Source: TPA_inf: Saccharomyces
Taxonomy: Eukaryota
Assembly (NCBI GenBank): GCA_000146045.2
Contig: BK006943.2
Coordinates: 256,001-320,000 of the forward strand
DNA: 64,000 nucleotides
Direction of reading: 5' to 3'
The notes beneath the pieces were generated by a model. The model ran no database searches. It was not told where the DNA came from and saw only the letters and a list, made by a program, of their open reading frames with translations. Shown piece after piece: positions 1 through 9,925 of the stretch; within the stretch, counting starts at the first letter, position 1; every line of letters begins with the position of its first letter. The translations under genes were made by a program, and so were the position numbers.

Positions 1-812
1 TGCAATAAACCGCTAAACATACCCGCACCCCAAATCAACCATAAAGACAATAGTACAGTGTATGCCATGATACTTCTTTCATTGGGCAAAAGGTTGAACG
101 TTGGAGGATATTTTCCTAATTTATATCCAATAAAATGTATTGTTAAAATAATGGTGCATACCAAATATAGACCAGAACTGATACAGGCAAACCAAAATCC
201 GATAGTCTTACTGTAGATGCTGGGCATGTCATTCAAGGAGCATACAATCACGTCCACCAAAAGCATCCCTCCAGCTATTGTCCATCCTGTTATATTTATT
301 AACTGAGATTTAAGATACGTCAACTTCTTACTGAAATGTAGCATTAGTATAATATTTGACGTAAAACCCAGTACCAAAGAGATGATATTAACGGCAAAAA
401 TACCAGGAGGATCAAAAACTGTCTTTACTTGATTCATCAAAACATCGGTGTCATTGCTTCGTGGATTTGTCACCACGGAGTTGTTCTTTAAGGATCTCCA
501 TTTTTCAACTACACAGGCTATCGAGATAGTGTTAGCTACGGGACCCAAGCAGGCAGTAATCACAGGGAAATAGCATGAAACCACAAACCAAAAGACGAAC
601 AGTGTTGAAGAAGGCTCTGCATTAATAATACTAACTCTTTCGTCCCGGAACCGCAATGCATCCTTTAGTTCCTCTGCAAGAACACCCTTAGCTTGCTTCG
701 GTGTGTTGTTTGAATGAGAATCAACAGCCTGAGCTGAGCTCTCTTGCTCCACTGTCGCCATATTGCCATATCCCAGCGTTTGTTTGGCAAAGCTGTTCAT
801 GAACCTTGTCAT
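1..812 (-). CDS. TOK1: Outward-rectifier K+ channel Tok1, N-terminal part only. The gene continues beyond the left edge of the window.
   Basis: My own reverse-strand translation from the ATG (complement of 810-812) gives [78 protein letters not shown]..., which I recognise as the Tok1 N-terminus and first transmembrane segments. It is missing from the ORF track because it has no in-window stop. Confidence 0.85.
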
Positions 813-1422
813 ATATATAGAAATCGGTAAAATAAATACAAGAAATATGCTTTGTTATACTGCTAGAAAGGAGTGAAGACATCTGCTCACGATCTACGAG
901 ATGCGGCTATTTTTGATGGAAAAAGATACATAGGGTCAGGCATTTTTGCCATATTGAATAACCAAGATGGTACTGAGTACTCAGGTAATGTATATTACAT
1001 TGAGTACTTCACTTGTATACACAACCACTGCTTCGTATTGTATATCAAGTATCTAACTGTTGATAAACTACAACTTTCTCTTCAACCATAATGATAGCGC
1101 CGCTTAAAACATGCTAGGGTAACGAGACGCGAATGCGAAAAACTCCCAAAAAAACCAAAACAAACAAAAGTGACAACAATTAGAACGATGCTGAAGAAGA
1201 ATAGGAGCGAGTTTAGAGTTACCTCCAGCTATCCTGATACTACTGCTTAGGCTACCTTCGCAGAGTCTCGATAAATTTGCAGTCGGCAAGATAAGAATAT
1301 TTCTCTACAGCTTTTAGACAGCTTCCTGTCCCTCTAGTTTCTTTTGCCATCCATAATTGTACTCTGCACTTTGAGTATCATTCCAATTTGATCTTTCTTC
1401 TACCGGTACTTAGGGATAGCAA

Positions 1423-4400
1423 ATGTCGTCGAACAATGATCTTTGGTTGCATTTAGTATCCCAGTTAAATACTCAACAGAGAGCAGCGGCCCTCTTTGAT
1501 TACACTAGAGGGCTGCAGGTCATTGCCGGTCCCGGCACAGGGAAGACTAAGGTTTTAACTTCAAGAGTAGCGTATCTTATTCTGCACCACCATATTCATC
1601 CCCGCGATATTATAGTGACTACTTTCACTAACAAAGCTGCTAACGAAATGAAAGAGCGTTTGCAAGAAATGTTACGCGGGGCAGGCGTGAATATTTCGGA
1701 GCTCTTAATTGGTACTTTTCATAGTATTTGCCTGAAAATACTTTATAGATTTGGCCACTTGGTGGATCTACAGAAAGACTGGAGAATTATTGATGAGAAG
1801 GAAATAGATGTCATTTTAGATGATATGATCGAAAAAGTTCCCGACCAAATAAGGGATTATGCTTCCTCAATCACAAGGAAAGTAAATCTTTGTATGCCGA
1901 GTAAAAATGGAGATGAATGGACTATTCATCCGAAGCTGATCAAGAAACAGATATCAAAGCTAAAATCAAACGCAATATTACCTGAGGAATACATCTTAGA
2001 TTCGAATCATGACGCCGCGCTTGGTTACTTTTACCAAATATACCAATCAGAGCTAAGCAAGAAAAATACGTTAGATTTTGATGACTTATTAATGTACACC
2101 TTTCGTTTGCTGACTAGAGTGCGTGTTTTATCCAACATAAAGCATGTTTTAGTTGACGAATTTCAAGATACTAACGGCATTCAATTGGACTTGATGTTTC
2201 TTTTTGCTAAGGGAAATCATCATCTTTCGAGGGGGATGACCATCGTAGGTGATCCTGATCAAAGCATATATGCTTTCAGAAACGCCTTAGCGCACAACTT
2301 TCTAGAAATGGGCAGAAAATGTCCCATCGAGTACTCAACTATCATACTTGTTGAAAATTATCGTTCATCACAAAAAATTCTAAATACAAGCGAAATTTTA
2401 ATAACGCAACAAAACAAAGGTCGGCAGAATAGGGCTCCACTCCGTGCCCAATTTGACCTGGATTTTCCACCAGTTTACATGAATTTCCCCGCTTACTTTT
2501 TGGAAGCACCTTCTTTAGTTCGGGAACTACTATATTTGAAGGCATTGCCAAACCTATTCACATTTAATGACTTTGCTATCCTAGTAAGACAACGAAGACA
2601 AATTAAAAGGATCGAAAGTGCATTAATAGAACATCGGATACCCTATAAAATTATTAGGGGCCACAGTTTCTGGGATTCCAAGGAAACAAGAGCGATGTTA
2701 AATTTATTAAAATTGATATTTTCTCCGAATGACAAACATGCAATTCTTGCTTCACTTTTATATCCAGCAAGGGGCCTTGGTCCTGCTACCGGTGAGAAGA
2801 TTAAGAACGCATTGGACACGTTAGCTACCGATGTGTCATGTTTCCAAATATTGAAAGACATAAGTAGTAAAAAAATAATGCTAGACATACCGACGAAAGG
2901 CCGTTCTGTGATTGCTGACTTCATTTCAATGATAGAAAATTGTCAATTGTTGCTCCAGAGCACTTTACTAGGGGGTCTTTCAGATTTATTTGATAAGCTA
3001 TATGAATTATCAGGTCTGAAATACGAATACTTGTACAAGGATGGTAAGAAAAAAAATGATCAGCTTGAAAAATCCGAACCTAATTTATTAAACGCAAGAC
3101 ATAAGAATATTGAACTTTTGAAAAACTATTTCCTGGCTCTTCTTTCCAAGTCAGAATCTTCAGATAAAGAAAAAAATGAAGCCATTAAAGCAGCAACAGA
3201 TGAAGCCGAACCAATAGAGAACAAGGTCATCACTCCAAAAGAATACCTCCGTAATTTCTTCAATTCACTTTCCCTTCATTCTGATGCAGCTGAGGAGGAA
3301 GAGTCGGAATCCAATAAAGATGCAAAAATAAAACGTGAGAAGAATGGGTTTGTCACGATATCTACAATTCACGGTGCCAAAGGTCTTGAGTGGCCGGTAG
3401 TTTTTATTCCTGGATGCGAAGAAGGTATAATTCCTTGTGTGTTCAACGATGATAAGAAAGACGAATCAGAGGAGGACGAAGAAGAAGATCAAGAAAATAG
3501 TAAGAAAGATGCAAGCCCAAAAAAGACTAGAGTTTTATCCGTGGAAGATTCTATAGATGAGGAAAGAAGAATGTTTTTTGTTGCACAGACTCGTGCAAAA
3601 TACCTGTTGTACCTATCAAATACTGTAACTGTGGAAGATGTCGATAGACCAAGAATTGCAAGCCGATTTTTGACTACTGACTTGATAAAAGCCATGTCCG
3701 ATAGCCAAAAATTATTTGAAAGTACGAATAGTATCAAAAAACTATACCGAATTTTGAACAAAAAGCCGCCTGCTGAAGATGATAAACTATTCTCCCTTGA
3801 CCAATTGCGCAAAGACTATAACCAATTCATTGAAAATAGGAGAGAAAGGATGATTTGGCAAGGGATACAAATGAATGATGTCTATGGAATACAGTTGTCT
3901 AGAAATAAATTATTGGGTTCTGTTAGTGATTTCACGTCAGCTGCGGACCAGTTACGACTCGAAACGCAAAACTCTATATTCCCACAGAAGAAACTTATTG
4001 AAAAATCACGCCCATCCAAAATCAATGGCAATTACGCTCCTAAAAGTAGAGTTAAAAGTCCAGAAAAAAGGTACGCTCCAGAAACTACATCATTCCATTC
4101 TCCTACAAAGAAAAAGGTGTATGCACCTCAATACGTTTCAACAACTAATGTACCTAGTAGGCAGGAGTTTCATTCTTCTACTGGGAAAAATATTCCTTTT
4201 CTGAGAAGAGAAGATAGGTCCATCACAGACATATCACCACGATCATCAACGAGGTCGTTAAAAGGAGCATCTCCAAATAAGACGAGCCACATGTCAGATG
4301 ATTTAATGAGACCATCACCTACGAGGAAGGACAAAGTTACTCGTAATATTCATTTCGCAACTGCAGGAACTTTCAGAATAGAAACCCAGTCAAATGTTGA

Positions 4401-4947
4401 TGAACTGCATCCTCCGGAATACTCCAATAAATCAGGGCAGTCGCTTACGTCGAGTGAATTTTCTGGGTTTTCTAGCGCGTGCAGTAATTCTGATCAGCCA
4501 ACGAACTTAATAGAAGATATAAACAACGAATTAGATCTATCCGATGAGGAGTTATTAAATGACATATCAATAGAAAGGAGGAGAGAGCTTTTGGGCTCGA
4601 AAAAGACGAAAAAAATAAAACCAAAAACTCGAAATAGAAAGTCTAAGAGAGGTGACAAGGTTAAGGTGGAGGAAGTGATAGATTTGAAGAGTGAATTTGA
4701 GGAAGATGACAGCAGAAATACAACAGCTGCTGAGTTATTACATAATCCGGATGACACTACAGTTGACAATCGTCCAATAATCTCCAATGCTAAGTTTTTG
4801 GCTGACGCAGCAATGAAAAAGACACAGAAATTTTCCAAAAAGGTGAAGAATGAACCTGCATCAAGTCAAATGGATATATTTTCTCAGCTGTCACGTGCGA
4901 AAAAAAAGTCAAAATTAAACAACGGTGAAATCATAGTCATCGATTAG
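1423..4947 (+). CDS. SRS2: Srs2 3'-5' DNA helicase of the UvrD/Rep superfamily 1, an anti-recombinase. 1174 aa.
   Basis: Walker A GPGTGKT sits near the N-terminus. Length is 1174 aa. The C-terminus ends ...NGEIIVID, the known SUMO-interacting tail of Srs2. The N-terminus MSSNNDLWLHLVSQLNTQQRAAALF is recognised. Confidence 0.95.
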   Translation: MSSNNDLWLHLVSQLNTQQRAAALFDYTRGLQVIAGPGTGKTKVLTSRVAYLILHHHIHPRDIIVTTFTNKAANEMKERLQEMLRGAGVNISELLIGTFHSICLKILYRFGHLVDLQKDWRIIDEKEIDVILDDMIEKVPDQIRDYASSITRKVNLCMPSKNGDEWTIHPKLIKKQISKLKSNAILPEEYILDSNHDAALGYFYQIYQSELSKKNTLDFDDLLMYTFRLLTRVRVLSNIKHVLVDEFQDTNGIQLDLMFLFAKGNHHLSRGMTIVGDPDQSIYAFRNALAHNFLEMGRKCPIEYSTIILVENYRSSQKILNTSEILITQQNKGRQNRAPLRAQFDLDFPPVYMNFPAYFLEAPSLVRELLYLKALPNLFTFNDFAILVRQRRQIKRIESALIEHRIPYKIIRGHSFWDSKETRAMLNLLKLIFSPNDKHAILASLLYPARGLGPATGEKIKNALDTLATDVSCFQILKDISSKKIMLDIPTKGRSVIADFISMIENCQLLLQSTLLGGLSDLFDKLYELSGLKYEYLYKDGKKKNDQLEKSEPNLLNARHKNIELLKNYFLALLSKSESSDKEKNEAIKAATDEAEPIENKVITPKEYLRNFFNSLSLHSDAAEEEESESNKDAKIKREKNGFVTISTIHGAKGLEWPVVFIPGCEEGIIPCVFNDDKKDESEEDEEEDQENSKKDASPKKTRVLSVEDSIDEERRMFFVAQTRAKYLLYLSNTVTVEDVDRPRIASRFLTTDLIKAMSDSQKLFESTNSIKKLYRILNKKPPAEDDKLFSLDQLRKDYNQFIENRRERMIWQGIQMNDVYGIQLSRNKLLGSVSDFTSAADQLRLETQNSIFPQKKLIEKSRPSKINGNYAPKSRVKSPEKRYAPETTSFHSPTKKKVYAPQYVSTTNVPSRQEFHSSTGKNIPFLRREDRSITDISPRSSTRSLKGASPNKTSHMSDDLMRPSPTRKDKVTRNIHFATAGTFRIETQSNVDELHPPEYSNKSGQSLTSSEFSGFSSACSNSDQPTNLIEDINNELDLSDEELLNDISIERRRELLGSKKTKKIKPKTRNRKSKRGDKVKVEEVIDLKSEFEEDDSRNTTAAELLHNPDDTTVDNRPIISNAKFLADAAMKKTQKFSKKVKNEPASSQMDIFSQLSRAKKKSKLNNGEIIVID

Positions 4948-5079
4948 TAGCACTTTCATGCCTGACTACGTCAACTATTGGAGGCGGTTTATAATTTTTA
5001 TTTAAAGCACATAGGAGTTAATTTTATTTTACTGGTAGGGTTTGTATACGAACTACATGGAAATGTGGATGGTGTGTTA

Positions 5080-6552
5080 TTATAGCTTAATGAATATTCT
5101 TTTTCTATACAAGAAAACCGATATGACAGCTATGAATGAGCAGTATGCCAACAAAACCAGGAATGATTTTAAGGGTGAAGAATCTATCGTGACCATAGAC
5201 ATATTGACTAAACCAGTAGAGACATTTGCCAACAAAAATAAAAACAACCCATTGGAGTTGATTGATTCCAAGCATTCGGCAACTTTATAATATTCCGAAG
5301 AATTACCGAAAATTTTGTCAGTCAAGCAGTACCCAGTCAAAAATAGTAAATTATAAGTAATGACCCACAAAGTATATGGTAAGTTAGCAAACCTTCTTGA
5401 AACACTATAAGGATGGTATTGAAAAACCAACTGGCTGATAACAAGAAAAATTGTACTCCATATACAGAGGCCACTTAATGGGGTTACTGAAGTCCAATAG
5501 TCCCAAGTCGAAGACTTCTTTGATGCTGCAACTACGTCTTGCGTAGAAGGCTTATAAAGATTGTTTAAAGTTGGTTTATTTCCCAACAAGTAAAATCCCG
5601 TGTTTTGGCCCCAAAGAAAAATCGAGCAATAACCTAGAAATGAGAAGATGCCTTCTCTATTAGCACTGAAGAAACAATTTCTATCAGCCAAAATTAAAAA
5701 GTTTAAAGTGCGATCGTCCTTTAAAAGTAGCCATTCATAAATGCATGAAATGAATATTGCAATTGAGCAGCGTGGAACCATTCTTGTGACGGGATCAATA
5801 AAGGTCAATACAAGTGGCAACAATGATAGGGTGATAAAAAAATTCCAATGAACCCCATATTCTGTGACATGTTCTTGATATTCCAAATTTTTTACAAAAA
5901 ACAACCTCAGCAATCCTAGGAACAATAGAGTTCCTCCTGATTTTAAGGCATTAAATGCATTTTTTAAGAAGCTGGGTTTACTCTTCAAGCTTAGGTTTTT
6001 CAACAGTGCCCTAGAAGAAACAATACCGTTACTGAAAACGAATGATCCTACACCAAGATCCATCAGGGATGTCCCCCAAGTTTCCACCTTGGCAAACCTC
6101 CTTGGGAAAATTGGAAAATCTACAGCCAAGATGGCAATAGCAGTCAGAATAAGCATCCCACCACGATACGCAGTAATATACGGCTTTTTTTCTAGTTGGA
6201 ACCGCTGTGTAATCATTTTTTTTTTATTGTATATTGGATTAGAAGGTTTACTCGAGCTAGTAAATTTTCCATATATGAATGCGAGCAAACAAGGTAACAG
6301 TATTAGCGTGTTTAGAAGGTATGGTTCACTAGCATAAATAGTAATAGATAGAAGCAAAGCAACCCAGTTCAATGCAAAATCAATTATGTATTGCACGCTG
6401 GAAATGCCAGGAGGCATAAGGTTGGAATTTTTCAATAAGTTCCATGATATGTAAGTTACCAAAGCAATTGATGTCACTGCGTTAATTTCTGTTATAGAAC
6501 CGCCATTGAGCCCTGTCACAAAGTCCTCTTTTCTCTGTTTTAAAGTCGACAT
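5080..6552 (-). CDS. GWT1: Gwt1 GPI-anchor biosynthesis GlcN-PI inositol acyltransferase, a multi-pass membrane protein. 490 aa from Met9 of the track ORF.
   Basis: The 498-aa track ORF is highly hydrophobic and multi-transmembrane. I start at the second Met (MSTLKQRKEDF...) to give the known 490-aa length. The upstream Met at 6576 remains possible. Confidence 0.85.
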   Translation of the reverse strand: MSTLKQRKEDFVTGLNGGSITEINAVTSIALVTYISWNLLKNSNLMPPGISSVQYIIDFALNWVALLLSITIYASEPYLLNTLILLPCLLAFIYGKFTSSSKPSNPIYNKKKMITQRFQLEKKPYITAYRGGMLILTAIAILAVDFPIFPRRFAKVETWGTSLMDLGVGSFVFSNGIVSSRALLKNLSLKSKPSFLKNAFNALKSGGTLLFLGLLRLFFVKNLEYQEHVTEYGVHWNFFITLSLLPLVLTFIDPVTRMVPRCSIAIFISCIYEWLLLKDDRTLNFLILADRNCFFSANREGIFSFLGYCSIFLWGQNTGFYLLGNKPTLNNLYKPSTQDVVAASKKSSTWDYWTSVTPLSGLCIWSTIFLVISQLVFQYHPYSVSRRFANLPYTLWVITYNLLFLTGYCLTDKIFGNSSEYYKVAECLESINSNGLFLFLLANVSTGLVNMSMVTIDSSPLKSFLVLLAYCSFIAVISVFLYRKRIFIKL

Positions 6553-6756
6553 ATTCTTCTGATGTACTGTTGCCATTTATTTAGATATTTACGTGTCTTC
6601 TTATTGCGATCCTCTTTTTCTCATGCTGTTTTTTCACGCGAGCATGTCATGGAAAGTATTATCATACAAAACGGTAATACATATAGATGAGTAGATTTGA
6701 ATAATGCTGTAGATGGCGTATGTAAATGAATATCTTATAAAATTACGGACTACATT

Positions 6757-9051
6757 TCAAGAATCTAATTCCTTTGTCTGATTTCTTGTCTGTCGTCTCA
6801 TAGGTTTTTCTAAAGAGGCAGTACGTTTCTTATCTTGAATGGAGCCATAGGTAACTTGAGTATGTGAAACTTCCTCAGTTCTTGGGATCTCTTCTGGATT
6901 AGAAATTGCAGTCGGCTGCTCTGTAGGCACATTTTCTGACATTATTGTGCCCCAACTCGTGGTTCGTTTAATTTGTTTAGGAACGAAATTTTTTGGCAGT
7001 GACTCCAACTTGATCCTTTTCGTATCCGGCATTTGTCTCTCTGAAGAAACATCCATGATACTCGATGAGACACTACGCTTTTTTCTTCCAGAATCAGTTT
7101 CTCTAATTTTCTGCAATAATTCGTTTTTGGTATCTTTCATAGAGTGCTCCGATAATGAGGAATTGTTTCTTTTCAAAAGAATAGTTTTGTCGATTTTTGG
7201 ATCATTGTTTTGGTACTTTTTTTCTGAACTAATGCTGGTATAGTATGGTTTTTTTATCTTACATTTAAAATCGTCCTTGTGTCCTCTTGGGCAGATAATA
7301 CACCACTTGATATTGTTTAAAAAGATTTCATTATTTTCTCCAGATGCAGCGGACAATAATTTAAAAATAAATGCTGGAGTAACTACCGGTATGGAGTGGA
7401 ATTTCTTGATATATTCAATTTTCCTTTTCATCGAATTTCTCAAGATTGAATTATTTTGAAAATCTTTTCTGTTATTATCACCAGGATCATCATTATTGTT
7501 ATTAATGCAAAACTGAGTAAAAAGATCGCTAAATTCATTCGACCATAACGGATGGGTTTTCGGGATACTGGGTAAAGCTGCTAAGTTGATTAGCAGAATG
7601 TCAGTGGATTTATTGAGGTATTCTACATAATTGATGCCCATTGGTTTTAGAAGATTTAATACTTTAGTCAGATGTAACAGCTCTACGCCAGAGAATCCAG
7701 TGATAGTAACATTCAGAAAAGGGGAAGAAGAAAATTCATGATGCAATAACTTTGAAGAAGACGAAACTTGAAACTCTATTGTGCTGAGGAAGGGTTTTGA
7801 CCATAAATCTATTGGGTGTAGTAATTTTTGATAATACAAGCAGCGTTCAATGAAAAATTCTGTAACTATACCATCATTATCATCTATAATCTCAGGTAAA
7901 TCATTGAAGGAGTCAAGAGCTTTATTACTTGGAATGATGTAATAAGAATGATCGTAAATGCCGCTCAAGTAAGACGTCTCAATTTTACCCCCATTTTGAA
8001 CAACAATTTTGGTTAGTATTGAACGGTGATTGCCAGGAAAAATATGATGAATGATAAACGCACAATTTTTGAAAATCAAAGTACTATTATCACTTAAATC
8101 TTCTTGTTTGTTATTTATCGATAATGGTGACTGCCCTAGTACTGAAAAATTTGTCTTACTATGCTGCTGTAGAGACATTGCCTTGTCCCATATTTTTTCA
8201 CCCTTTGGTTTAAATTTATTCAAGAGGGATGATGTTTTCGGGAGCGAAGGAGTCAGGGTACTGGAGGATTGCTGCCGCTGCAGAGAGGATTGGGCATCGA
8301 TATTGGTTGGAAAGGTGGTGTTTATTTTATCCCAGCAATCGCAAGAGTTTGATCCGATTGAATCATAGGGCAGGTCTTTAATATTTGGTAAAAGATAATA
8401 GGGATCGTACGGTAACAGTGCGCTTCTTTTTTGGCAATCGAGAATCCATTTGAAATGTACAATAGGTATATTTTGTTCAATAGCAGCGTTAACTCTTGCT
8501 CCTAGTAAAGTATCCGTAACAAAAATGGATATCTGCCCATTCTGACCTTGATCATCGTCATCATTGTGTGAAGAGGTATCTTTGATTACAAAGTTTTGAT
8601 AGTTATAACTAGAACACCCTAACTTTTTAATACTCCTAACCAATGAATCGATGGAAGTTATGTTAGTGTCGGTTATTCTGCCAATGAAGATATTGAAGTT
8701 ATGCAAATATTTAAACGAAAATCGCCGGTAAAGTATCTTCAGCATCTCATAGGTGGATCCTGTCATTGTTGCCGTATTAGAGTCCGGCAATATATTTTCT
8801 CCAGACAGCCAGAGCTGATAAATGTCATCAATGGCTTGAATGTCAATAAATATGATATCGAATCTATGCTTCACCGCAAATTTAAATTTGTTTGTATTGG
8901 TGGTGGACCCAACAACAAGGACATTAACTTGTCTGGTCAAATCTTTAGAAAATATACCTCCTAACTTAATAATTTTCTTTGATATTTTTTTAGCTAAGAT
9001 TTCATTATTTATTGCAGTCGGACAAAATGTTATTCCTTGAAAGGGCTTCAT
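6757..9051 (-). CDS. DPB11: Dpb11 replication-initiation and checkpoint protein with BRCT repeats. 764 aa.
   Basis: The 764-aa ORF has an N-terminus MKPFQGITFCPTAINNEILAKKISKKIIKLGGIF with a BRCT-like pattern repeated several times. Position and orientation fit YJL090C. Confidence 0.9.
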   Translation of the reverse strand: MKPFQGITFCPTAINNEILAKKISKKIIKLGGIFSKDLTRQVNVLVVGSTTNTNKFKFAVKHRFDIIFIDIQAIDDIYQLWLSGENILPDSNTATMTGSTYEMLKILYRRFSFKYLHNFNIFIGRITDTNITSIDSLVRSIKKLGCSSYNYQNFVIKDTSSHNDDDDQGQNGQISIFVTDTLLGARVNAAIEQNIPIVHFKWILDCQKRSALLPYDPYYLLPNIKDLPYDSIGSNSCDCWDKINTTFPTNIDAQSSLQRQQSSSTLTPSLPKTSSLLNKFKPKGEKIWDKAMSLQQHSKTNFSVLGQSPLSINNKQEDLSDNSTLIFKNCAFIIHHIFPGNHRSILTKIVVQNGGKIETSYLSGIYDHSYYIIPSNKALDSFNDLPEIIDDNDGIVTEFFIERCLYYQKLLHPIDLWSKPFLSTIEFQVSSSSKLLHHEFSSSPFLNVTITGFSGVELLHLTKVLNLLKPMGINYVEYLNKSTDILLINLAALPSIPKTHPLWSNEFSDLFTQFCINNNNDDPGDNNRKDFQNNSILRNSMKRKIEYIKKFHSIPVVTPAFIFKLLSAASGENNEIFLNNIKWCIICPRGHKDDFKCKIKKPYYTSISSEKKYQNNDPKIDKTILLKRNNSSLSEHSMKDTKNELLQKIRETDSGRKKRSVSSSIMDVSSERQMPDTKRIKLESLPKNFVPKQIKRTTSWGTIMSENVPTEQPTAISNPEEIPRTEEVSHTQVTYGSIQDKKRTASLEKPMRRQTRNQTKELDS

Positions 9052-9650
9052 AGTAATATTAATGCTACTGATAAAATACCTGCCATACTAGAAATAGAAG
9101 ACTTATATATCACGTAAAATTTGTCTCTTCTTATTCATCATGTACATAAAACAGTACAAACATTACCAATAGTACTATATAGCTTTACCAGGCAATACGC
9201 GAATAGTCCATGCAGTTTTTCTTCTCTTATACTGATGAGGGTAAGTTTTGCATTTGATCACCGCCGTATGCGAAGCGGAAAGAGCAAATGCGTTGAAAGA
9301 AACCTGGCGACAATAGGAACCACGAGTTCAAGCTAATAATGATACCTCAATGATTATGCCCAGATTACGTTATGTGACTAAAGTAGAAAGGTGAATAAAT
9401 ATAAGTAACGAAACAAGGTTACATGGACTCTTCAATTAAAGAAGGAAAAGGAAGGATTCTTTTGCAGGCAGAAAACATTGAAGTTATATCGCAACAATAA
9501 CGATGTAGTTATTATGACCTCATAATATGAGAACTTTTTCCTCAAGTATTTTTAAGTTATTCTGTGTGTCATGACTCTCACTTCGTCATATTTTATGTTA
9601 GTGCACAAAATGCGAGGTGTGGGTGCAATCAAGACTCCGATCCATTTTCG

Positions 9651-9661
9651 CCGTTCGACCG
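9651..9661. promoter_or_regulatory. Carbon-source-responsive element (CSRE) match CCGTTCGACCG, about 265 bp upstream of the SIP4 ATG.
   Basis: Fits the Cat8/Sip4 consensus CCRTYSRNCCG at all 11 positions. Confidence 0.5.
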
Positions 9662-9872
9662 GTGTTTTGGCGGCTAAATTTAAGGGCGTGATCTCAGAAC
9701 TCGGCGGCAAAAAAAAAAGTATATAAGGCAGAAAGCTTTCTGCCTCTCCGATTTCCTCTCCTTTGTTTTCTTTTCCGCTTCAATTTACAATCTAGTTCAG
9801 CGGCTAATCCTCTTTACCATTGTTTTCCGTTTATCCTTTGCTCATTCTCCTTTGCTCGATTTCTTTTGCTCG

Positions 9873-9890
9873 TTTTTTTTTTTTTTTTTT
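9873..9890. repeat. Poly(dT) tract of 18 T, about 40 bp upstream of the SIP4 ATG.
   Basis: Homopolymer run read directly. Confidence 0.95.
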
Positions 9891-9925
9891 GCTTCTTTTT
9901 TTCTTCTCGCTACTCTGAATAGACG

